A DNA stretch of 64,000 bases, the filler included, from Basidioascus undulatus (Eukaryota): NCBI GenBank assembly GCA_000826855.1. It is 14 parts of 14 records of this genome, joined end to end, with 100 filler letters (N's around TTAATTAATTAA, not from the genome) between each part and the next. Parts side by side here need not be neighbours in the genome. Positions count along the whole stretch, not along the records: positions 40,132 to 46,590 come from JTLS01002175.1; positions 46,691 to 51,010 come from JTLS01002176.1; positions 51,111 to 55,426 come from JTLS01002177.1; 11 more parts are not named here. The stretch is one strand, 5' to 3'. This document shows, in pieces, positions 40,032 through 51,881 of this stretch. Both the position numbers and the translations under genes were made by a program. The notes below the pieces were generated by a model that was given only the letters and a program-made list of their open reading frames with translations, was not told the DNA's origin and made no database searches. Within the stretch, counting starts at the first letter, position 1. Each line of letters starts with the position of its first letter.

Positions 40032-40131
40032 NNNNNNNNNNNNNNNNNNNNNNNNNNNNNNNNNNNNNNNNNNNNTTAATTAATTAANNNNNNNNNNNNN
40101 NNNNNNNNNNNNNNNNNNNNNNNNNNNNNNN

Positions 40132-42118
40132 TGCTGCTGCTGCTGCGGCGGCATGCCTGTGAACGCGTTCTGCTGAGGTTGAGCAAACGGCTGGTTCTGC
40201 GCATGCAAAAAGATGTTAGCCGTGAACATAAACGGTACACCATCGCGATACCACGCACTGGGAACCCCGTCGGCTGCGCTTGCAGGAACGGCGCCTGCTG
40301 AGGCTGAGCCCCGTTGGCAAAGAAAGGGTTGAACGGCTGCTGCGGCTGCTGATGCGGCGGGAACCCGGCGGCGGTAGGCGAGGTCTGTTGTTTCGCATGA
40401 ACGACCATCAGCTTCGACTGAGAGCGGAACTCGCAGCGCCCTGGAAACATACGTTGTTGCCGAACATGGACGTCTGTTCGGATTCGATGGACGCGAAGAA
40501 ATCGACCAAGGACTTGTTCGCGTCTGCCGGTTGAGAAGCAGACGCCGGGGCGGCCGAGGTAGAAGAGGAGGGCTGCGCGGAGGACGCTGGGGCAGAAGAG
40601 GTGGACGCGATGGGGGCGGAGGAGGCAGCAGCGGGCTTGGCAGCTACGGGTTGGAGGTTTCATCAGCAAGAGTTCCCCAAGCGCAACACAGGTAGGGCGG
40701 GACGTACGGGTAGAGGTAGACGTGGACTTGGAACCCTTGTCCGCGACGTCCTTGTTCGCCTTGTACTCGAGCCGGTTCTGCTCAAAGTTCGGGTCGTTCA
40801 GGTACTCCTGCAGCGCGCCATGCAGGGAAACCGGCGCCTGTCCCCCATCACCTCTTCCGCCCGTCAGCTTCCGCCCGCCATTGACGCCAACGCCTCGCAG
40901 CAATAAAAGGCTTACGTGTTTCAAGTTCGGGATCATGACGTTCAGCACGTTATGCAGCCGGCGCGCGATGGCGAGGTACTCCACGACGTCCTCCGTCTGC
41001 CGACAGAACTTCTTGTAGATCTTTAGCGCCTCCGTCGCGTCGACCTTGGACATCTCGAAGTAGTGCTCTGAAGTCGGAGTGTAAGCGGCGAGCTGCCAGT
41101 CAAGGCGCGCTTTCGGGAACGAACCCAGCACGTTTATGACGCCCTCGTTGACGGCGGTGAAGAGGGCGAGGAGGTCCTTGACGTTCATTTGCAAGGCCGT
41201 CACGGTCAAGTCGTCCTCCAGATCGTCCAAGAAGAACTGTGTTCCTCCAATCACCCGCCGCGCACCATGAGCACCCCACCAACCTCCCAGCATCCACGAC
41301 CCATCAAGCAACTATTCGACGCACCTTGCACTCCGTGAGTGTGTCCACCATCTTCTGCACCTCCTTGACCTCCCGCAACAGCCCCTTCTCGACCGTGAGG
41401 TTCCGCAGCTGCGTGGGCCGTCCGGTCCGGTCCAGAGACGACCCCCGCCGGTCCGTCTGTGCGCGGATGACGTCGTGCTTGAGCTCGCGGTACGCTCGGA
41501 CGCGAGAGTCGAGGTAGGCGCCGTAAGCTTGGAGATGCTGCGGGGTGTTGTAGCCTGATGGATCCCCGGCGAGGTCAATAAACGCCGGACATTCGCCCAG
41601 GCGCGTCCTACGCGGAACGCGCACCTTCCCACTGGCCATTCGAGACCCGCTTCAGACGGAGGACATCCTCTCGAGCGAGGAAGCCGAGGACGTTCTCGGT
41701 GGAGCCCGTGCGAAAGAGCTGGTGTACGACGATGAGGGATTTGAAGACGACCTGAAGTGAAAGAGCTCCTATTCAGCATGCCCAGACCAGCTTGACAGTG
41801 GGAAGGAAGACATGGGCTGACAGTTGCGTTCGGCTCCTTCAGACGATCGGACAATGCCCGCAGGACATCGGACAGGGTGTCCTCGTCCGTGAAGCTCGCC
41901 GCGAGGATGGGCTCGAGGTACTGGGGGGAGGGGAACAGGCCGGATTAGATCCCACCGTTCAGCAGACCAGTCCAGAAAAACACTACCTTGGATTTCGGGA
42001 GCGCGTGCTGCGTTCAAGCCCGTCAGCGCACCCCCCCAGCGATGGGCGCGACGTATAAATGCTAGCGCACCTTGGGCTTGGTCGCGCCCTTCACGGCTTT
42101 GCTGGCGGACGTGGACAT
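40132..42118 (-). CDS. ANTH-domain clathrin assembly protein (AP180/Yap180-like); 3' truncated
   Basis: VKGATKPK..PKSKY, VVFKSLIVVH, VEKGLLREV, EHYFEMSK, NPF and QPTG motifs. Confidence 0.92.
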
Positions 42119-43715
42119 GCTGCAAGGAGTAAAGACCCGCAAGAGCGAGCCCGATGGGTGTGGAATGGCACGCGACAATGTCGGCGAGCTGAGCGAGGCC
42201 ACGCGTGATGAGGTGGAGAGGTTGAGGACGAGGGCGCGCTAAGGCGGTCCATGCGAGCCATGCGAGGCTGGCTAGCGGCGGGCGGCCCGCATCGCCGCAA
42301 GGGGGAGCCCTGTTTTGTTTCTCTGTTGCAGGCGCCTACTCGCGTCGTACATGTTTGCTAGAGATATCTTTCGACAAAAATCTCTAGTTTCTTCTGATTC
42401 AGTTCAGCCAAGAGGACCGGCAAAGGGAACGTTGGAGGAAGTCCAGCCGCGGCAGTCGGTTGCTTGGAGGCTACAGCCGTCCAGCCTGTGTCGCTTAACA
42501 CTCAACATCGCGGTCCATACTTGAAGTTTGAATCAAAACCCCAGAAATATTTCAAGACGACCTTGTCCATGAGGAGACATGCCACCAGTATGAGGCGAGC
42601 AGGTACAGCAGAAAGGTCCCTCGGCATGTGCAGCAGCTGGCGCCGCTCAACTCTGCCTCGGGCTCATGCAACTCAAGTTTTTGGGGCACGTGCGATTTTC
42701 ACTTTCGACATGACGAGTATTAGTAGAATATAATGCTAGGTGGACAGGATGGTTGAAGTACAAACATTCCTTGTCGCCGGCCAATTTCCTAACACCGTAA
42801 GTCCACACCGCACATCTGAACTCTATGGTGATTCGTGTATCCGTATCAAGTATTTGTAAATGGAAGACAAGTAAGTGGTGAGCGCCGGCAGTAGACGATG
42901 CGCACTCATGTGCCGTCGAGGGCAGGTTGTGCGACGAGGACCTCCCAGCTCGACTAGGCTTCCCTGCCCATCGAAGTTTCTGTGGAATCTTCGACTCTAC
43001 CAGCCTTTCTACAAGGATTTGGATGGCGTTCCCCCGGCACCTGCCGGAAAAGACCGACGCGCACAAACAGAGAAGGACGGGCCTTGTCATGCGTCTATAC
43101 ACACCCGCCGCTGCGTGACGCCCGGACTTCTCGATTTATTGAACCTGGCAGAACTTCAGTCTTCTTGACCTTGAAATCGCTCTAGTCTGCTACACATGCT
43201 TTGGTCCGCCAATGGAACTGAAAAGGTTTGTGTTCTGCGGCGCCATTCGCTACCATCGCCACGCTGCTCCCAGTACCTGGTACCTGTGCTCTCAGAAACC
43301 ACGCAAGCACCGTCAGCCGAGGCCTTTTTTTTCATGGCCCACCGTAGAGGACATGTATCTACAGGGGTATTTCACAGATGTTGCCGTGTGCAGACTGACC
43401 GCGAACGCTCGTATCTACGCCGTTCACCGCCGCACAGCGGACTGAAACGACTTTCACAGTTCAGCGCACGTGTTTGCAGCGTTTCGTCCATTTCCAAGAA
43501 CCGAGGGTGAGGTTGATACATTTACCCGAACGTTCGGTGACAACAGTACCAATGGTTCCGGAACGCCAAAGGCGCAAGCAGAGGGCATCTGCTCAGCGTA
43601 TGCTGCCGAACGCATAAAACCCCGTTCTCCCCGGCTGTTCGTTCTGAGTCTCCCACAAAGTCCAACCCCCCAAACCGGCCTCCCTTCGCCATTCTCATAG
43701 TTTCTATCCCAGACC

Positions 43716-44532
43716 ATGTCCACCTCCCGCGTCGCGCTCATCCTCGGCGCCGGCAGCGGTGTCGGCCGTGCAGCCTGCACGGCCTTCCACTCGCAGGGCT
43801 ACCGCGTCGCCGTCGTGTCCCGCAGTGCCTCCGAGGACCTCAAAGACGCTGAGCTGTCCCTCAAGGTCGACCTGAGCGACCCGGCCAAGGTGCAAGACGT
43901 CTTCGAGCGCGTCACTAGGGAGCTGGGCGTGCCGAACGTGATCATTTACAACGGTGCATCCTTCTCTCTTCCTGCTTCTCAAGACGCACTTTCTGACAGG
44001 GGACGGGTTAGCGTACCACCTCTACCCCCTCCCATCCTCCGACCCCCTCTCCCTCACCCTGCCCGACTTCGTCCACTCCCTCGCCGTGAACACCACGAGC
44101 GCGTACGCCGCCGCGCTCGAAGCGGTGCGCGGGTTCGCGGCGCTCTCGCGCGACGCGGACGCGCCGAAGGTGTTCATCTACACGGGGAACATCCTCAGCG
44201 AGCGGGTTATGCCCGCGCTGCTGTCCCTCGGCGTGGGGAAGGCGGCCTCTGCGCACTGGGTGGAGAGCGCCGCGGAGGGGTACAAGGGGAAGGGGTGGGG
44301 GTGCGCACCTTATCCGGTTTCATTTTCCCTCCCTCGGAACTGAACAAGGTGGAACGGGCTGGGATTGTTCCGTAGGTTCTATTACGTCGACCAGCGCAGC
44401 CCCGACGGGTTCCCAGCGGGCAAGGCCGATGCGCAGGCGCACGCGGACACGTTCGTCGAGCTCGCGCAGCGGCCCAGCCCCGGCCTGTGGCAGTGGACGT
44501 TCGTCAAGGGCGAGGGGTACAAGAGCTTTTGA
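43716..44532 (+). CDS. Short-chain dehydrogenase/reductase
   Basis: ALILGAGSGVG, VIIYN, VFIYTGN, LGVGKAASAH, FYYVDQR; two introns. Confidence 0.88.
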
Positions 44533-45091
44533 GTTCAGCTATGATGCGAGATGCGTGAGGGCTGAGGGTCAGATACTGTCCGAGGTCCCAAATAACCGTG
44601 CTGCATGCTTCTTAATCAACCAGAATCCAAGAGATGAAGGCCTACACGCAGAACGAGCCAAGCTGCGATGTCCTGTGCAATCTTGAAGGGATCGACGTTG
44701 AGGCTGCAAGAGGACACTGCAATAAAGCATGCTCCAAGAGAGCCGAGTGCGCTATACATGTGTGAGGCATCATGCTCGAGCAGAATGACAAATGAGTGAG
44801 TGATGTCTATGCCGAGTGCTATAGAGGTCAGTAATTATAGAAATGGGCTAGCGAAGTAGTGGGCTACTTGAAGGGGATCGAGAAGAAGGTCATCTCAATC
44901 GAGCGAAATGCCAAGTGAGTGCGGATGTGCATCAGCCTCGGCGACGGCACCCACATGATCCATCAGTACAACAGTCACCGCCACTCCTCTTTCCCTTCAC
45001 ACCCGCGCTCCCCATCCTATCTTCGACCGAAGAAAGAGCCCATCGTATCCTCACAACCTCGCAAAAAGACACCACACCGCACCGCCCCCCA

Positions 45092-46452
45092 TCAAACAGC
45101 AGCATATCCGCCCCTCTCCACGCGACTGCCGCCCCACCCACCAAGGCTCCCGCACAGGTGCGCGCCAATGTCGCGCAGGAGGAAGGGCACCTCGCGCCAG
45201 AAGTCCCGGTGCCTGGTTGCCCCGCTCGTCAGCTTTCTGTGCTTGGGGCTGGAGAGCAGGAGGGAGGAAGGGAGAGGGAGAGGAGAGAAGGAGAGAGGGG
45301 GAGAAGGATGGGAGAAGGAGAGGAGAAGGAAGACGCACGGGACAAGGTCCCATCCCCTCGCGCCGTACTGGCTGTAATTGTAGTACGCCCCCAACCCAAA
45401 ATACAGTGGGATGGCCAGAAGAATCCTACCCTCTCCGCTCCATGAGCGCTCCGCTCCTCCCGCCCCCAAACAAGCAAGCCAACTCACAAAAAGAACAGCC
45501 ACCCGAAGAAGCCCCTGCGCTGCTCCTTCTTCGCGGGCGGGTTGCTGGAGTCGGGAGGAGAGGGCTTGGGGTCGGAGGAGGAGGACGGGCACGCCGAGGG
45601 GTGATGCCAGGAGAGGTGGAGCACGCCCGAGTCCGGGCTGTAGGAGGTGAAGGTGGGGAGGGCGTCGGGCTGTGTGGGGCGGGCGTTGGGGTGGGGTAGA
45701 ATGGGAGAAGGCGGAGGCGAGGGAGAGGGCAGACGTTACTAGGGAGGGAAGAGGCACGGAGGGAGGGAAAATCGCACAGAAGCGGCTTTATCGCACACCA
45801 GCGCGATCTGCGCGGACTGCTGCACTTTCGCGTACGTCGGTCCGGCGAGGCTTAGTCGAACTGGACGTCACATCCCACATCCCATAGCCTTCAGCACGCC
45901 AGAAAGAAAGAAACAGGAGCAGGGGGCAAGAGCAAGCCACAGACGCACGCTGGTCATCCGCAACCTCCTCCGCCTTCGCGTCCTCCTCCTTTGCCGAAGC
46001 GACCGGGATGACAGAGACGACTCTGTCCGGCTCGTTAGGCTTCGAGTTGCTGATCACTAAGCAGACACGCGTGTCGGGGGGACACTGCGTGCGGAGCAGC
46101 CCATCTCAGTTGATGAGTGAGCGGTGCGGACACAGATCCAGGTGAGCGCACCTTGTCCTCCTCCGCCCCCGCCCCGCGGTCGACCTCCCCGCACAAATTA
46201 ATCAAAAGCTTGCTCTTCGTTGTCGTAGGCGGGGTAGGCTGGTCCTCGAGCTGCTCCCCCACCCCCCATCAGCCCTGTAACTTCTAACCCACACCAGTAT
46301 GCGTCCGCACGCACCTGCAGCTCCTTAGTCCCCCCCAGCGGCGTAAGGTCCCAGACGTGCTTGCCCGTGTTGAACTTGCACTGCTCCGCGCGGGCGAGGA
46401 GCGCGAGGAGCATGGGAAGCAAGGCGAGGGCGAGGGGTCGTCGGAAGAGCAT
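45092..46452 (-). CDS. ATG27: Autophagy-related protein 27 (MRH-domain type I membrane protein)
   Basis: Signal peptide, WDLTPL, INLC, GAYYNYSQYGARGWDLVP|HRDFWR, C-terminal YAAV sorting motif. Confidence 0.88.
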
Positions 46453-47189
46453 TTGCGGGAGCTATTGGGAACGGAAGACGCAGAGCAGAAGGAGGAGATG
46501 GGGAGATGAGGCTGATAGAACGCCGACGCAAAGTCAGAGAAGTCGAAATCAATAGTGGCAACAGAGTGGAAACCAGCAACAATAGTAGAANNNNNNNNNN
46601 NNNNNNNNNNNNNNNNNNNNNNNNNNNNNNNNNNTTAATTAATTAANNNNNNNNNNNNNNNNNNNNNNNNNNNNNNNNNNNNNNNNNNNNGGAGAGAGGA
46701 GGAGAGGAAGGGCGGGGAAATTGGAAGAAGAGAAAGTATGGTCAGGTCCTTTGAGTGTGAGGGTGCAATGGCGGGGAAGGGGAAGAGGGGGGATAGACGA
46801 ACCGCCATCACTGCACCCTCAAGGATAGTCTACGGTGTTCGAACTCGACAAATGCAGCGAGGACACCAGAAACGCGGGCGGGGCAGGCCGGGGCAGGTCA
46901 AGCTAGCGAGCGAGCGAGGGGCCGCTCGCGAAGACACACGAAACGTGCAGAGCCCCTCCTCGCTCCTCGCTCCCTCGCCCTGACATCTCCGAACGGGCGC
47001 GGCATGACTGAGAGAGAAGACCGCATCCCAACCAGCGCATGCAAGCCAATCCAGGGTATGGAAAAGCAATGCAAAGCAAAAGCAAAGCAAAGCAAAGCTC
47101 GCCGTGCAGTCATCCAGACCATTCAGGACGCGCGCCCGGTCGAAAAGCAAAACAGTCTCGCCCCCCTCGCCAGGCCACAGCGCACTCAC

Positions 47190-47372
47190 CTCGTCCTTCT
47201 TTCCCTGGTTCCGCCTGCGCGAGTCGCTGGGAGAGTCGCTGAGGGTGGACATGGGGCTGTGCGGGCGGAGAGGGTAGCCGCCGCTGTGGGATTGAGAGGG
47301 GTCGAGGAAGGAGGAGGGGATCGAGGGCGAAGACGAGTGCGTGGATCGCGAGAGCTGCGGGATGCGCGACAT
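47190..47372 (-). CDS. First exon of a probable CBS/PB1-domain protein
   Basis: Ser-rich N-terminus ending SDSRRRNQGKKDE followed by a GTGAGT donor; family recalled from motif only. Confidence 0.4.
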
Positions 47373-49123
47373 CGGCTGGTCCTGAGTTCAGTCGCTCTGT
47401 CCGCGCGGGGGCGGAGTGACAGGAGCACGGTGTCTTACCGATGCAAAGGGGAAACTGGGCAGACGCTCTGATGATGAGGAAGAGTGCACTCCGAGGTGAT
47501 GGACCCACAGCTGCGATGAGAGCGGGGAGGACGCGACGGGGCCTGCGCGTCGCCCCGCAGTCTTCTCTACTTGTAAGCGTCGCCAAACAATCACAGTGCG
47601 CCTGTCTTCCAAAACATATGCATGGGGAAGGTAGTTCCACCTTTTAAGCTTCAGATCAAGCCCAAATGCCTCCTAGTACCTTTTTAAGAGCGATTACTGA
47701 CGACCATGCGCTAAGCGATAGGACGCCGCACTTGAACCCACCGCGCTGCGTTTCTTTCGGGCCCACTGGCGGCACAGCTGAACAAATTACCACCGACTCA
47801 TGCTCGTATAACCAAATTCCCATCATCTCTGCTCTCACTAACAGCGACTACTGCCGCAAAACGGCCCTGTGGCGTTGGCAGTGGCCGACACCAAGTAAGG
47901 CTGAACGGCACTGTCCGGTCCGACTCGCATTGATTCGATAATAGGATCCCATCCTGGGCTTTTCAACACTTTTCGGCACTGTGGACTGTTGAGCGTGCAG
48001 ACCAAGTTGTGCGCGGCTGCGAGTTGGTGATGCCAGGACATGCGTAAATGTCGTTCCTCCGGTTTTCAATTGGAATTGGAGTACTTTATGCTGAAGTAAT
48101 TCCTGCAACCTTGCCTTTAATGGGCCCCTGGACGACCTCTTCACTTTCACGCGGTTAGGTGTGAGCCTATAGGAATCTGGACCAGCAGTGAACCGACTGA
48201 CCCTTCCCCCCTTCCTTCCCTGTGCCGTCCGACCTCACTCAGTTGTCCTCCTTTTTCTCGCCCCCTTTCCTCTCCCATTTTGGCTCTCCCATTTTGGCGC
48301 CGATCCTCCGCATCCAACTCTCCTCCACCACATCACCATCCACGCTCCGGCTCCCAGTCAACCGAAATCCACCATGGGCACGACCTCCCACAAATCCTGG
48401 GCGACCCACCTCCCCTTCGGATTCTCCAGCGCCTATCTCCTTCTCGCCCTCCCGAAGTGGGCCCGCCCCGGCCTCCACCCCAGCGCGCACCACCCTGCGC
48501 TCCTACACCCTCGGGCTCCTGCCCCTCGTCGTCGGCATCGGGAGCGCGCACCTCTTAGAGATGGGAGCCGGTGCGTTACGGATCCGGAAGGCGAAGTGTC
48601 AGCAGGCGCGGCTCCCCCAGCTCGACCTGATCGCGCAGTTCAGGCGCGACGTCGCGCCCCGCCAGACCGACCTCGAGCGGGCTCGAACCGCCGTGCCGCA
48701 GACGCCGAGCAGGCGCTGCTCAAAGCGAACCATGTCGTTCTCATCCTCGACTCTATTTGAACTGCTCGTTAGCACGTCCATACTAGCCTCTCGAATCCTC
48801 CTCTTTCCTCAAATTGCCCCGCTCGCCTTGTTTTGTCTGCCCCACCCTCGCTCAGCTCAGGTCCACGCGTCTCAGCTCGTTCGCCGCTCGAACTGTCTAC
48901 TTGTCATAGTTTTGCCGCATAATTTTATGCTTCATGGAGTCCCTTAGATTGCTTGTCGTGCCTGTTGATGATTTGTACGCAAGGACTTTGACCTGGATGC
49001 GAATTAGAGAAAGGCTGCATGAAACCAGCTTTCAACTGCGCCTTTTGCAGTGACGTGTGGTCTTTGCAGTAGTTCGACCCTTCGCTCCATCAAAGCTATA
49101 ATTTTTATAAGATTAGTTCGCTC

Positions 49124-49500
49124 ATGTCTCGCGGTCTTAAGCTCCCCCACGTTGCAGTCGTCCTCATCATCGCGGCAGTCGCGGCGCCGTTCCTGCCCCT
49201 CGGGTACGCCGGGCAATTACACCATGCTCGAAGCGCTCTGCCTGGTATACAAAGACCTCCAACCTATCACTTCCAAGAAGCTCTACGGGTCAATCAAAAC
49301 TCGGCATGACCTCGCGAAGCACGTCCACTCGATAGCGCTCCGTTTCACTCCCTCATCCAACGGGTTTACGAACCGAGGAGCTCCGGATCATTTTAGACGT
49401 GGTTGGTTGCTCCAAACGTCCGGCACTTGAGACTCTTTAGCTACCCAAGCTGGGTGGCGGACATGGATGCGGCTCGGTTTGGCCATCGTCTCCGGAAGTC
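49124..49500 (+). pseudogene. F-box-like relic
   Basis: LKLPHVAVVLII / LEALCLV..KLYGSI..DLAKHVHSIAL / APNVRHLRL lie in different frames. Confidence 0.45.
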
Positions 49501-50215
49501 ATCCCAGCCGAATCTTCAGACTCGGTCAAGGTCCACATGTCTTTGGAATTGGACAAGAACCATGTCTATATTGTGGTCTTGTTAGGCGACCTTCTCAAAT
49601 GGCACCTGTCGCCCAGGCGTCGGCATCTCCATAGTTGCCTGCGACTGTCACCGCCCGAGCAAATGTACTTGCAATATACATTTTCCCATTTGACATTGTG
49701 TATCCCAAACTTTTGTAAAATCATTTCAAGCAATAGTGTGGGTCGGAAGCTGGATTGCATTACTTGTTGCTGAAACCCAGTACTGCTGGGCACCGGCTAT
49801 TCCGCGAGGTCCTGTTTTGTTCTGCAGCGAAACTTCTCCGCCATGGACCATAAAAACTTTCAAAATCAGGATACAGGAAATGCAGACCCGACCACCCCAT
49901 GACCGTACTGCCGAACAGAACCGCAGGTGTCGGTATTGTTTGGTGTTGACATTGCAGTTCACACTAAGATACCGGTCTAGAACGCTGCGATGAAGCTGAG
50001 GTGAGCATACACGTGCGTTTCGCAATATTTTGACTGTTGTTAATATAGTGGAATATCGATCTTTGCTGTCTTGCTGTCCTGGAGGCGCAACGGTAGATGA
50101 AAGGGAGGACGTAAGCCCTGTCACGTCAGAGGGGGCAGGAGATTGACGCAGGTCGGCCTCTGCTTCTTGCCATTTAACTTCCACGCTCTTATTCTATACA
50201 TTCTCTACGTCCCAG

Positions 50216-50749
50216 ATGGCTACTCCCGCATCGTGGAAAAGGCCTTCCGACTTGGAGGCGGAGAGGGGCCGCACCTCCAAAAAGTCGAAGCCGGAGATGG
50301 AGATGGATCAGAACTACGCCGAAGACGCAGACTTGCTGCTGGTATGGCGGGACAACATCGGGTTCAAGATGAGCCTTTCGGCAAGCAACTGGAAGTCTGG
50401 CATGCTCAACCAGTCCTTCTTCCACAGGTCTACCAGAAAGATCTCCGCGCGGTGTTGTCCGTCTCCGAGGACATGCTCTCCCTCCTCCCAGCCCTCCGGC
50501 TCTTCCTCAACCTCGTCCACTCTGTCCCATGTGCCTCCCAAAATTGACTTGACGGACCCTCACAAGTCATCTCCAACATGCTCGACTTCATCCATCTCCC
50601 ACATCGGAAGTCCCACCCTCCCTCGACCTCTCCACCTGGTCCGTGCGCGAGTGGGCCGACCTCGTACTTTGTTTGCCCTTGACAAGTACGACGTCGCGCG
50701 TGCGCGCACCAACATGCAAATCCTCCTCTACCGTGTGCTTGCTTGCTGA
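50216..50749 (+). pseudogene. BTB/POZ-like relic
   Basis: DADLLLVWRDNIGFK, SEDML..ALRLFLNLV (other frame), LFALDKYDV. Confidence 0.45.
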
Positions 50750-51881
50750 TGCACAGGCGGGCTCGTGTGTCTTCCTCTGTGCGGCGATCGGACGTTGCGC
50801 AATGTCAAGAACCGAGCTGGGCAGGGGCAGACCGCAGCGGGGACTACCAGCCGAGTGGGTGGCAAGGGTGCAGGTTGGCTGGGGACAGGACAAGAGAGCA
50901 AGGGCTGGACAAAGTGGGGACTAGGGACAAGAGAGGCAAGATCGGATGGAGACTGAGGCTACCTAACCAGGGGGCTGAGAGAGGGGGTGGAGTGAAAGCT
51001 GCTAGAAACTNNNNNNNNNNNNNNNNNNNNNNNNNNNNNNNNNNNNNNNNNNNNTTAATTAATTAANNNNNNNNNNNNNNNNNNNNNNNNNNNNNNNNNN
51101 NNNNNNNNNNCACAAGCATCGGCTGACAGTCAACAACGTAGCGGACCACCAGGCGAAAGTAAAAGGCTTGGGGAATTCATGGTACTTGGGGCAGCCGTGA
51201 TGCATAAAGGGATGGGAGGTATTAGACTAGGTATTAGACCTCCTACATAAAATACCTGCCAACGAGAACTGGAATAACCGTGGCACTCGAAGTAACAGAG
51301 CCGGCCTACCGAAGCCTGCAGTTTGCGTCCTCTCCCAGCGCTTGTGGTACACATTCCACTCCTTTCCTATTATTCCCGCTGCCTCAATATCTCAGCATGA
51401 CAGTCTCATATACGCCTTGGGTCACTCTGTCTTGAGCCCAAAGAAGCAGCGAGGAGTTCCCGACGGCCATTGCTATCTTCCGTTGCAGTCGGTGCAGTCG
51501 GGCCGGAGCACAGCGAAGCATAGCGAAGCACATGACCTTTCATGGCGTTTTCATGCAGCATGAAGACGGCGGGATACATTTAGCAGATTTCAAGCATTTT
51601 ATAGCTGGACACCTCATGACCCTGACTATGTTTACTTCGTAAGCGGAACGGTATGTACCCGGGAGCAAGGCTCTGTATACCTAATCCAGCGGCCATGCGA
51701 CCCGAGCCGTTGATTGCCTGACTTTACCGAGCCTAATGTCCGCACAGTGCGCGCGGTGTAGCTGACCGAAGGAAGCGTGGATGAGATAGGTCCGCTCTTG
51801 TGGATATCACGGCAGGACTGGCTTAGGGGACACTTTGACCTTCTCCTCGCACACTAGACGCACTGGAGCTGGACGCGCAAC

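Noticed and set aside
47068..47098. (GCAAA)n tract
   Set aside because: Simple microsatellite, probably intronic
48188..48947. Overlapping 190 and 241 aa ORFs
   Set aside because: No recognisable domain; cannot choose a frame
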